Below the pieces are notes generated by a model. It was not told where the DNA came from. It did not search any database and worked only from the letters and a program-made list of their open reading frames with translations. A stretch of 64,000 nt of DNA from Strigamia acuminata (taxonomy: Eukaryota). The stretch's first letter is position 1. Each line of letters opens with the position of its first letter. The position numbers were made by a program, and so were the translations under genes. The stretch spans positions 16,616,001 through 16,680,000 of the forward strand of contig OX442314.1 in the NCBI GenBank assembly GCA_949358305.1, written 5' to 3'. Positions 41,282-52,606 of the stretch are shown here, one piece after another.

Positions 41282-42578
41282 ATGTTGCACCTGATTCCTC
41301 TCTTTGCTCTCTTGGCAGCGTCGTCAGCCATGTTCACTCCCGAGGTATATGTTTTTAAAACATGACTTCTTTTCATTTAATAATAACTTTTACTTTTTCT
41401 CATTTCAGGGTTGGTTCAAAACTTTTAAATTGCAATTAAACTAATTTAAAAAAAAATTGTTTAAAAAATATTTATTGCAGACTTTTTGGATTTTGACTCA
41501 ACAGTAGATGAACGCATCATCGGTGGCGGTGAAGCTCGTAAAAACAGCTATCCATTTATGGTAAGTTGCTAAATCATTGCATTCAATCGTTGTAAATGTT
41601 GTTTTTGCAAACAGGTTCGTGTTGAAGCAAAAACCGCTGACGGATCAGGATTTCTTTGCGGAGCAAGTCTCTTGCACGAAAACTACGTTGTAACCGCAGC
41701 ACATTGCGTTTATAGCAGCGAGTAAATACATTTATTTTAAATATAAAAATGTATTATATTTATTAATGAATAATGTGCACTTATAAATGTCCATCGTAGA
41801 TCACGCATAACGTCCATCAGACTGCATTTTGGTGACCACAACATGTGGCAACACGATAATACCCAATCGTCAATGGACATTCCAATGGCTAATGTAAAAC
41901 ATATTTTTATTTTTATTTCTCATTTTCATAAATGTGTTACATAGGCCGAACGTCACGCCCAATACAACGAAAGAACTATCGAAAACGACATTGCCCTCAT
42001 CAGATTGCCTCGAAAGGCCCCAATTTCAGGTCATGTTAGCCCTATTTGCGTTGGCAGTGCGTCGACCGTTGCCAAACAAAATATTGGAAGGGCATTGGGA
42101 TGGGGACTAACCAGCAATCCTCAACAAGGTATAAGTTTATACCCAGTGCACTGTTGCAACAATTGCTAATGTATAACTTTAACTTACCGTGCAGGTGGAC
42201 AGGTTAGCGAAGTTTTGAAACAAGTCGATCTTCCGATTTTGCCAAATGCCGAATGCCGTTTGTTTGGAACATTCAATCCAAACACAATGATTTGTGGTGG
42301 AAATACAAGAGGGATCTCAGCTGCCGTTTGCTCAGTATATTAATTAAACTCAAGACCATCTGTCCTAAAAATACATTTGTGTAATTTTTTTAATGTAGGG
42401 AGATTCTGGTGGACCATTCGTGGTGGTAGACAATGGAAGATATGTTCATACTGGAATTTCTTCGTACGTTTCTGGATATGGTTGTGTAGCTGTTGGATAC
42501 GGTGTTGTGTTTGTACGTGTCTCAAATTACATTCCATGGCTGCAAGCCAGAATGGGATCGGCTCTTTGCGTTGTCTAA
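41282..42578 (+). CDS. Secreted S1A serine protease, paralog 2
   Basis: Same 8-exon structure (exon 1 41282-41344, 1-nt exon 41409, exon 3 from 41481); DER|IIGG, TAAHC, NDIA, GDSGG; TATAAA near 41215. Confidence 0.93.
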
Positions 42579-42828
42579 TATGAAATCTGTAAACAACAAT
42601 TGAATAAAAATTTCTTACTAGAGTTAAAACACTAAAAGTTATCTGTCAAATTCATTTTAACTGCAAATATTAAAACTTTTGATTGTTTATTTGCAAAACT
42701 TTAAACTGTTTTGCTTGTTTACCTTATGACTTAAATAAAAATAAGGTCAAAAATATTTCTTTTTTAAATACGGTAAAAACTTACAAACTAAGCGCCTAAA
42801 TGATAATACCGTAATTATTTTTCCTGTA

Positions 42829-43413
42829 TACCCATGAACATAAAAAAAAACTTCCCTGTAGTACAGCTGGTAAGAAGTTCAGAACTTCATGTGAATGCAG
42901 GGATTAATACGTAAAATTACGATGCAAGGGTCTACAACCTACCCTAAATAGCAGAATTCGCTAACAAATTATTGGTTGAAATTTCAACCAACAATTTGAA
43001 ATTTCACACTGGATCGGTGAAGTTAAAAGGGGCGCCATCTGGGTTCGACTCCTGGCTTAGGACTCCTCGGAGTGCGAGCAGATTCGTTTTTATTTAAACA
43101 AATAATTTGATAGTCAATTGTGGTACTTGGGGCTGCGGGTAGGTGCAGGTTCTAGGCCTATTGAATCTTAATTACTGGTTGTACGTTTGTCCACAAAGAG
43201 GCATAAAAATTTTGAGGTGTAATGACATAAGCATTTTCCCGATCTATGAACTATATAGTCTGTGTTCTGTGGTAAAGGCAACACAGTTGACACACTTTCC
43301 AGACTCAAGAGACCAAGCCAAGACTGATGTCATTGAATCTCAATGGATTTTAAGCCACCTGGTAGATAAACTTGAAACAGCTAAACTAAAAGGAAGTTTT
43401 TTGTCTACAGGCG
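42829..43413. mobile_element. Longer copy of the TA-flanked MITE family seen at 40.7 kb
   Basis: Ends TACCCATGAACATAAAAAAAAACTTCCCTGTAGTACAGCTG and (reverse complement) CGCCTGTAGACAAAAAACTTCCTTTTAGTTTAGCTG; right subterminal region resembles 40800-40865. Confidence 0.55.
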
Positions 43414-43619
43414 TACACGTGAACAAACAAGATAACAGTATGAAAATTTAACTTGAATGTCCAGCTAACAAGCGCTAAGAAATAAAACATCTGCCAAATT
43501 GCTGTCTTTGCAAAATTCACTTTCAATTTTCTACTCACGTCAAATATAAAATTCATATAAATATCTGACGAAACAAGAATTCATCCTCAGTCGAGTTGAA
43601 CCTTCCTGGACATCGTACC

Positions 43620-44901
43620 ATGTTTCAAATTATTCCTCTTTTCGGCCTCTTGGCCCTGTCTTCAGCTATGCTGTTACCCGAAGTACCATTTTTACAGTTT
43701 CTTGTAATATTGACATTTAATATAAATTTTCTTTTCCAATTTAGGGTATAGACCCAGTATTCATCGAATGGTATTGAATAAAAATGTTAGATTTTATAAA
43801 TTTCCTTTTATAGATTTTCAGTACTCGGGAAACACTGCTGATGAGCGCATTATTGGTGGAAAAGAGGCTCGCAAAAATAGTCATCCATTTGTGGTAAGTA
43901 TGTAGAATTTTAGATTTTGAAGTAAACTAAATTGGCGATTGTTTCTCAAGGTTCGAATTGAAGCCACAAATGTCGATGGAGCTGGATTCTTGTGTGGAGC
44001 GACACTGCTAAGTGAAAACTATGTAGTAACCGCTGCACATTGTGTACACGACAGCTAGTAATTTCCCAACACTTTTTATTATGTTTTTAATGTTAAATTA
44101 ATTTTTTTTTCATAGTACACCAATTAAAAAAATGACTCTTCATTTTGGTGACCATCACCAATATTATAAAGAAGATACACAAACAACGATGAACGTCCCC
44201 ATGGCAAATGTAAAAATCGTGTTTTATCTGTCTTTAATTTTCTTAAATATTGTTTGAATTTGATTTTAGATTGTTTACCATTCTAAATACGATGAAAGAT
44301 ACATCATAAATGACATTGCCCTTATTCGCCTGCCCAGCAAAGCACCAATTTCAGCTCACGTGAAACCATTGTGCATAACCTCGACTGCTACCACAGCTAA
44401 ACATACCGATGCAACAGCCATCGGCTGGGGATTAACCAGAGACGAAAATGAAGGTAAAACGATTTAAACGTAAACGAGCAAATGTAATTATTACAAAACA
44501 TGTACAGGTGGATCCGTTAGTGAGGTGCTGAAAGATATCACTCTTCCAATCCTTCCGAATGCTGAATGTCGTTTGTACGGTGTCTTCAATCCAACCACTA
44601 TGATGTGCGCAGGCAACACTTTGGGACTTCGAGCAGCAATTTGTTCCGTAAGTCTAACAATCCATCCAATTTGCTTTTTTTTTCTAGTATGCTGTTATAA
44701 TTTTATTTGTAGGGTGATTCTGGTGGACCATTGGTTGTAAAGACTGGTACAGCAGGTACACAATATTCCCTCGCCGGTCTCACTTCCTTCAGTTCTGCAA
44801 AAGGATGTGTTGCTGTTGGGTATGGTGCAGTGTTCACTCGATTGTCCGGTTTCATCCCTTGGTTGCAGGGTTATATGAAATCTGAACTGTGCATAGTTTA
44901 A
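43620..44901 (+). CDS. Secreted S1A serine protease, paralog 3
   Basis: Exon 1 43620-43682, 1-nt exon 43745, exon 3 from 43814; intact triad motifs; TATAAA near 43556 and Inr-like TCAGTC near 43587. Confidence 0.93.
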
Positions 44902-45330
44902 GACGTAATGAGAAATAAAAATAAAGCATGATGTGATTCATTGGCTGTGAATTGTCTACCTGAATTTTGTGATTATTTACACTACAGTTCATGAAAAAAA
45001 AAACAATATAAAGCAGCATGGGCAAACACAAATATAAATAAAAAACAAGTTTTTCGTGCGGAAATTTTCGTTCTTTGTGTGGAGTGATGTTTTAATTGGT
45101 ACCAGCAATTCAGGATGGGGGAATGTGGAATTGTGTGTGCTAAGACTTAGTTTCTTTTGCAATTTCAATGACAGTTAATTAATTAATCCTACAACTTAAG
45201 TTGGAAAATCAGTCTATAAAAGACCACCACAAGACAAGTTCCTTGGTCATTCTCCACTCTTGTTCATCATGGTGATGCTTAAGGCTGTTAGTACTATTCC
45301 AATTCCGTTCCAACTCTGTTCCAACGTATT

Positions 45331-45466
45331 CAGGGCCGCATTAAGAGCTAAACCATAATGATATTTTAGTGCCTCCAAATATGGAAAATGAAAAATTTCT
45401 ATGTTGCCCCATTCCCTTGATGCCCTACGCACATCCTTATTTTTCTTTTTGGTTAATCCAGCCCTG
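45331..45466. mobile_element. Small hAT-like MITE, duplicated at 48420-48555
   Basis: TIRs CAGGGCCGCATTAA and (reverse complement) CAGGGCTGGATTAA; no clear target duplication. Confidence 0.5.
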
Positions 45467-46515
45467 GCATAACCTGAATAGGTTTATAAGGCCATAAACC
45501 ATACAACCGTCTCTCTCTGTGATTTTGTTTACACGTGTCGTGCAGGCGGTACTAACTGGACGACCTTAATATAAGTCCAGATGGCGTCTATCCACTCCCA
45601 CACAACAACTCATTCTCAAGTGTGTGATTCAATAATCGTTTGAATTTATTATTACAAATGCAGATAAATTAGCGTAGAGTAAGTTAAAAGGGGTTATGAT
45701 ATTACAATTTGCATTCTTTTCTGTCAATAAGTAAGTTTTAAAACTTGTATGAAAAAATCAAATAAATTTTATGAATTTTGAAGATTACGAGATAAAAGCG
45801 AAACCAACTCGAGAAAGACGAGACATCTTGAACATAGATGTTTGATATGAGACTCTACAGTAAATATTGAGTCTTTGGTCACACAGCAAAACCCAAAACA
45901 TTGCAGTGTCACTTATGTATAATCATTCATTTACCTGAAATTTGTTATAAATGGCCATTATGTTTGCAACGAGAACAAACAGGTCATAATTAAACCAAAA
46001 AGGACAAAATTTCAAATTGAAATATAATTGTAATAATTAATGTACAGAATTTACTAGTATTAATTAAAATTAATTTTGAAGGAGCGTATACTGTGTAACA
46101 GGATCAGCTTGAGGTGCTGAAGATACTTTCAAAATGAGAAATACGTCACTGCTTTATCCATTTCCGAAATTGTATAAATTGTCCCAGGACATTCCAACAC
46201 AAAATGTTTCGCCCAAATTGCATGACCAAAATGACCATAAAAATTGTATAGCCGAGCCGACATAAAATGAAAATGATTTCATTAGGCTCGCTTCGCTGCG
46301 CTGCTTTCGGCAACAACAAATAGACAACACAATGTGAAAATTTAACTTGAATGACCAACTAACAAGTCTTATTAATAAAAACAGCTGTCACACTGCTGCC
46401 TCCGCGAAAGTAATTCTCTTTCAAGTTTCTAAGCAAATTAAACAAAATCTATATAAATTCGTTGCAAACTAAAATTTCATCTTTAGTCGAATCGACCTTT
46501 CCTGGACTTCACATC

Positions 46516-47982
46516 ATGTTTCAAATTATTCCTCTCTTCAGCCTCTTGGCCCTGTCTTCAGCTATGCTGTTACCCGAAGTACCATTTTTACAGTTTCTTG
46601 TAATATTGACATTTAATATAAATTTTCTTTTCCAATTTAGGGTATAGGCCCAGTATTCATCAAATGGTATTGAATAAAAATGTTAGATTTTATAAATTTC
46701 CTCTTATAGATTTTCAGTACTCGGGAAACACTGCTGATGAGCGCATTATTGGTGGAAAAGAGGCTCGCAAAAATAGTCATCCATTTGTGGTAAGTATGTA
46801 GAATTTTAGATTTTGAAGTAAACTAAATTGGCGATTGTTTCTCAAGGTTCGAATTGAAGCCACAAACGTTGACGGAGCTGGATTCTTGTGTGGAGCGACA
46901 CTGCTAAGTGAAAACTATGTAGTAACCGCTGCACATTGTGTACACGACAGCTAGTAATTTTCCAACACTTTTTATTATGTTTTTAATATTAAATTAAATT
47001 TTTTTTTATAGTACACCAGTTAAAAAAATTACTCTTCATTTTGGTGACCATCACTATTTTTATAAAGACGATACACAAACAACAATGAACGTCCCCATGG
47101 CAAATGTAAAAATCGTCTTTTTTCTGTCTTTAATTTTCTTAAATATTGTTTGAATTTGATTTTAGATTGTTTACCATTCTAAATACGATGAAAGATACAT
47201 CACAAATGACATTGCCCTTATTCGCCTTCCCAGCAAAGCACCAATTTCAGCTCACGTAAAACCATTGTGCATAACCTCTACTGCTACCACAGCTAAACAT
47301 ACGGACGCAACAGCCATCGGTTGGGGATTAACCAGAGACGAACATGAAGGTAAAACGATTTAAACGTAAACAAACAAATTAACCGTTTTGGTGCAATTAT
47401 TCCTTTGTTGCACCAAAATGCGCTCATTGCGCATATCTGCAGTGCAGATCCAAAGTGTTCTGGGCTCAAATTTGGAGTTTTGGCACACTCTTGAATTCAC
47501 AACCAAACATACAACACATCTTGTCGTTGTTTTTATTATTATTACTATTATTATAATTATTATTATTACAAAACATTTACAACTCTAGGTGGAACCATTA
47601 GTGAGGTGCTGAAAGATATCACTCTTCCAATCCTTCCAAATGCTGAATGTCGTTTGTACGGTGTTTTCAATCCAACCACTATGATGTGCGCAGGCAACAC
47701 TTTGGGACTTCGAGCAGCAATTTGTTCCGTAAGTCTAACAATACATCCAATTTGCTTTTTTTTTCTAGTATGCTGTTATAATTTTATTTGTAGGGTGATT
47801 CTGGTGGACCATTGGTTGTAAAGACTGGTACAGCAGGTACACAATATTCCCTCGCCGGTCTCACTTCCTTCAGTTCTGCAAAAGGATGTGTTGCTGTTGG
47901 ATATGGTGCAGTGTTCACTCGATTGGCCGGTTTCATCCCTTGGTTGCAGGGTTATATGAAATCTGAACTGTGCATAGTTTAA
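46516..47982 (+). CDS. Secreted S1A serine protease, paralog 4 (near-identical to paralog 3, chimeric 5' end)
   Basis: Exon 1 46516-46578, 1-nt exon 46641, exon 3 from 46710; introns and exons almost identical to paralog 3 except an insertion in intron 6. Confidence 0.93.
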
Positions 47983-48646
47983 GACGAAATGAGTAATAAA
48001 AATAAAGCATTGGCTGTGAATTATCTGCCTGAATTTTGTGATTATTTACACTACAGTTCATGAAAAAAAAAACAATATAAAGCAGCATGGGCAAACACAA
48101 ATATAAATAAACAACAAGTTTTTCGTGAGGAAATTTTCGTTCTTTGTGTGGAGTGATGTTTTAATTGGTACCAGCAATTCAGGATGGGTGAATGTGGAAT
48201 TGCGTGTGCTAAGACTTAGTTTCTTTTGCAATTTCAATGACAGTTAATTAATTAATCCTACAACTTAAGTTGGACAATCAGTCTATAAAAGACCACCACA
48301 AGCCAAGTTCCTTGGTCATTCTCCACTCTTGTTCATCATGGTGATGCTTAAGGCTGTTAGTACTGTCAGTACTGTTCCAATTCCGTTCCAACTCTGTTCC
48401 AACTCTGTTTCAACGTATTCAGGGCCGCATTAAGAGCTAAACCATAATGATATTTTAGTGCCTCCAAATATGGAAAATGAAAAATCTCTATGTTGCCCCA
48501 TTCCCTTGATGCCCTAAGCACATGCTTATTTTCCTTTTTGGTTAATCCAGCTCTGGCATAAACTGAATAAGTTTATAAGGCCATAAACCATACAACCGTC
48601 TCTCTCTGATTTTCTTTACACGTGTCGTGCAGGCGGTACTAACTGG

Positions 48647-48779
48647 TGTCGCGTCAAGCTATTGCAGAGCACCGCAAACAGTAGCTTGTCGCGTTTAGCT
48701 ATTCCTAACAATGTTACGCCCATTGCTAGGCGCGAATCGCAATGTCGCGCCTAGCTATGTCGCGCCCTGTACGCATCAC
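48647..48779. mobile_element. Short insertion with TGTCGCG repeats, flanked by a direct repeat
   Basis: Absent from the paralogous site at about 45552-45559; CTAACTGG duplicated at 48639-48646 and 48780-48787; four TGTCGCG(..AGCTA) units. Confidence 0.7.
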
Positions 48780-48789
48780 CTAACTGGAC

Positions 48790-49235
48790 CGGTTATAGTC
48801 ATTTTAGCAACGCTCATTTTAGCGATTTTTACAAAAAAGTCCCGTTTTAGCGATCACGTTTTAGCGACAATAAGGTAATTTTCCAGTAGTGATCGACACG
48901 TTTTAGCAAGCGCCACATTTTAGCGATCGCTACGTTTTAGCGACGTGACACGATTTACCGCGACAAGCCGGCTCAAAAAAGTGGTTTGCATAAAAAAACC
49001 AGTAAGGTTAGGTTCGTGGGGGGTCAAGAGGGGGCTCAGCCCCCCTTGTTAGCCCTTCTCAGGAATTAAACCTAAACTATATGGTTAGGTTAATATTAGT
49101 GCCATTTTAGCAACCATCACTTTAGCGAACATGTCATTTTAGCGATTTTTGTGTCGCTAAAATGACATGTTCGCTAAAATGGTGTGTTGCTAAAATGAAA
49201 TCGCTAAAATAAAATCGCTAAAATGAAGTACATCC
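48790..49235. mobile_element. Non-autonomous DNA transposon with inverted arrays of TTTTAGCGA subterminal repeats
   Basis: Many TTTTAGC(G/A)A units on the left and TCGCTAAAAT units on the right; central GGGGGCTCAGCCCCC hairpin with GGTTAGGTT motifs; absent from the paralogous spacer. Confidence 0.75.
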
Positions 49236-50069
49236 ATTTGTATTCTTTTCTGTCAATAAGTAAGTTTTAAAACCCAAAAACAATTTCACTTAACTTGTAT
49301 TAAAAAAATCAAATGAATTTTATGAATTTTGAGGATTACGAGATAAAAACGAAACCAACTCGAGAAAGACGAGACATCTTGAACATAGATGTTTGATATG
49401 AGACACTAGAGTAAATATTGAGTCTTTGGTCACACAGCTAAACCCAAAACATTGCAGTGTCACTCATGTATAATCATTCATTTACCTGAAGTTTGTTATA
49501 AATGGCCATTATGTTTGCAACGAGAACAAACAGGTCATAATTAAACCGAAAAAGAAAAAATTTCAAATTGAAATAATTATTATAATTAATGTACAGAATT
49601 TACTACAGGTAGTATTAATTAAAATTAATTTTGAAGGAGCATATACTGTATAACAGGATCAGCTTGAGGTGCTGAAGATACTTTCAAAATGAGAAACTAC
49701 GTCACTGCTTTATCCATCTCCGAAATTGTATAAATTGTCCCAGGACATTCCAACACAAAATGTTTCGCCCAAATTGCATGACCAAAATGACCATAAAAAT
49801 TGTATAGCCGAGCCGACATAAAATGAAAATGATTTCATTAGGCTCGCTTCGCTGCGCTGCTTTCGGCAACAACAAATAGACAACACAATGTGAAAATTTA
49901 ACTTGAATGACCAACTAACAAGTCTTATTAATAAAAACAGCTGTCACACTGCTGCCTCCGCGAAAGTAATTCTCTTTCAAGTTCTTTCAAATTAAACAAA
50001 ATCTATATAAACATGTTGCAAACTAAAAATTCATCTTTAGTCGAATCGACCTTTCCTGGACCTCACATC

Positions 50070-51372
50070 ATGTTTCAAATTATTCCTCTCTTCAGCCTCT
50101 TGGCTCTGTCTGCAGCTATGCTGACACCAGAAGTATTTGCAACTAATTTTAATATTCAGTGTGTAATATATAACATAAAATTTATTTTTTAATATAGGGT
50201 AGGTCCAAAATTCATCGCTTATGAGATGTAATTGGATACGTATATTGAATAATTTTTTGTAGATTTTGAGGGCTGGGAAAGCACTATTGACGAGCGCATT
50301 ATTGGTGGAAACGAAGCGCGCAAAAACAGTTACCCTTTTATAGTAAGTATACGAACAAGGACAAGGACTATTTTCGATTTTGGATAAAACTAAAGTAAAC
50401 TAATATTTTTTCGTTTAAAGGTTCGAATTGAAGCCGTTGATGCTAGCGGAGCTGGATACTTGTGCGGAGGAACTCTTCTCAGTGACGAATATGTAGTAAC
50501 CGCAGCACATTGTGTCCAAAGTAGCGAGTAAGTCTACATTTAGATATTTTGTTGTAAATTTTGATTGTTATACTTAAAAAAAAATATTGTAATAGATCAC
50601 CAATTCGTTCTATTACACTTCATTTCGGTGACCATTATCTTAGTCGTCAAGATAATACACAAACAACGATGACTATCCCCATGGCAAATGTAAAGATTTT
50701 CTTTTCAACTTTTTTCCGGTTGTTGAAAATAAAATCGCATTTAATTTTAGATTGCTGTCCATCCTCTGTACAGTGAGAGACAAATTACAAACGACATTGC
50801 CCTTATTTACCTTCCGCGCAAAGCACCCATTTCAGCTCACGTCAAAACTCTGTGCGTGACCTCTGCCGATACCGCATACGAACATAAAAAGGGAACCGCC
50901 CTCGGTTGGGGATTAACCAAAAACGATCATGAAGGTAAAAGAAAGTTAAGCATCAACGAACATATTATAAAATGTGATTCACTTATAGGTGGAGATGTAA
51001 GTGAAGTGCTCAAAGAAGTTAGTCTTCCAATTCTTCAAGCCAGGGATTGTTATTTGTTTGGTACTTTCAATCCAAAATCTCAGATTTGTGCAGGCAACAC
51101 GAGAGGACTCCCAGCAGCAATTTGCTCCGTAATGACCTCAAATTTTGCTATACTTTTTAGTACAGACCTAATCTAAATGTTGATTTGTTTAGGGTGATTC
51201 TGGTGGACCATTTGTTGTGAACACTGGTAAAGAATATGCCCTCACAGGCCTCTCTTCGTACGGTTCGGCAAAAGGATGTGTTTCTGTTGGATATGGTGTA
51301 GTGTTCACTCGATTGTCCGCCTTCATTCCCTGGATTCAAAGATATGTGGGAACTGGTCTGTGTATTGTATAA
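50070..51372 (+). CDS. Secreted S1A serine protease, paralog 5
   Basis: Exon 1 50070-50132, 1-nt exon 50198, exon 3 from 50263; DER|IIGG, TAAHC, NDIA, GDSGG; TATATAAA at 50004-50011. Confidence 0.93.
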
Positions 51373-52606
51373 GATGAATAAAGCTTGATGTGATTTATTG
51401 ATTGACAAACAATGAAATGTAATTGTTATGGCAGCAATTATTCGACTGTTGCTAAAACAGTGAGAACCATCACGTTAATAATACGTTAATAATAGTCGTA
51501 ATCTTGAAACATGCAGATTATTCTTTAGATTTGTTTATACATAACAACAGATACATATACAAATGAAGACAATTACCTAAACTAAAGTTATTACAGTACC
51601 TGACAGCAGTCGAAGAAATTCTTGTGAGCATAAATAAAATTTTCAGTTATAGATAGATAGGTTAAAATAAAACATGGATTACGAGTAGGTTGGAGCCACC
51701 TCTTTAATGCGAGCGCCTAAAAGAAAGTTACACAATTTTTCATTTTTATTTAAAAAAAAAATAAAAAAAGTGTTTTCTTTTTGTTTCTTCTAAAATATGT
51801 TCAATGAATGAAATAAAATGAGTGGTATCAACATCAATAATAATTCCACTGACATTATTTCAAATTCCTTATTTTTCAAACAAAAGAAACGACTACACGT
51901 ATACGACTACATTTCAAAAGTTTAGCAAGTTGGCTAAAAACAGTCACGATAAGTTCAAAGATAAAAAATCGTAGCTACAACTGCTATCCTACGAGGACAC
52001 CCCTTTTTGGCGAAATTGTAAATCAGCGCCAGCAACGGAAATAGCGACTGGTGCAACTCTATTTGTTAGCAAACCTTAACCTACCACAAGCTCACAAGCA
52101 AATCTCACAATGCCACGATTGGAAACATTTCCCGTTAAGAGATGGCGCTTAAACAAACCAGGGAATCAACAACGTAACCCAATGGGCACAGACGCAATAA
52201 TAAGTAATATAAACTAATATTAATTGAAATTAATTTTGATGAAACATGTACAACAGGATGAGCTTGAGGCACATGCAGAAGGGCACCATAGATACTTTTA
52301 AAATGAGAAACAGTACCGTACTGCTTTACCAATCTCCCAAACACAACCGTTTTGCTCAACCTGCGATCAAAATAACCATAAAAATGATTTCGTTAGATTC
52401 ACTTCGCGCTGTGTGCCAAATACAAATAAACAACACAATATGAAAATTTAACTTGAATGACTAACTAACAAGCCTTATTAATAAAAACATCTGTCGTATT
52501 GCTGCCTCCGCGAAAGTATCTTCGCAAATTGATTCAAATCTATACAAGTATGTTACAAACTAAAAATTCATCTTTAGTCGAATCGACCTTTCCTGGACTT
52601 CACACC

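Noticed and set aside
43040..43060. tRNA gene around GGTTCGACTCC
   Set aside because: Only a T-loop/B-box motif; no cloverleaf.
48790..49235. Repeat array superficially like CRISPR
   Set aside because: Repeats are only about 9 bp, irregularly spaced and inverted at the right end; eukaryotic context and no cas genes.
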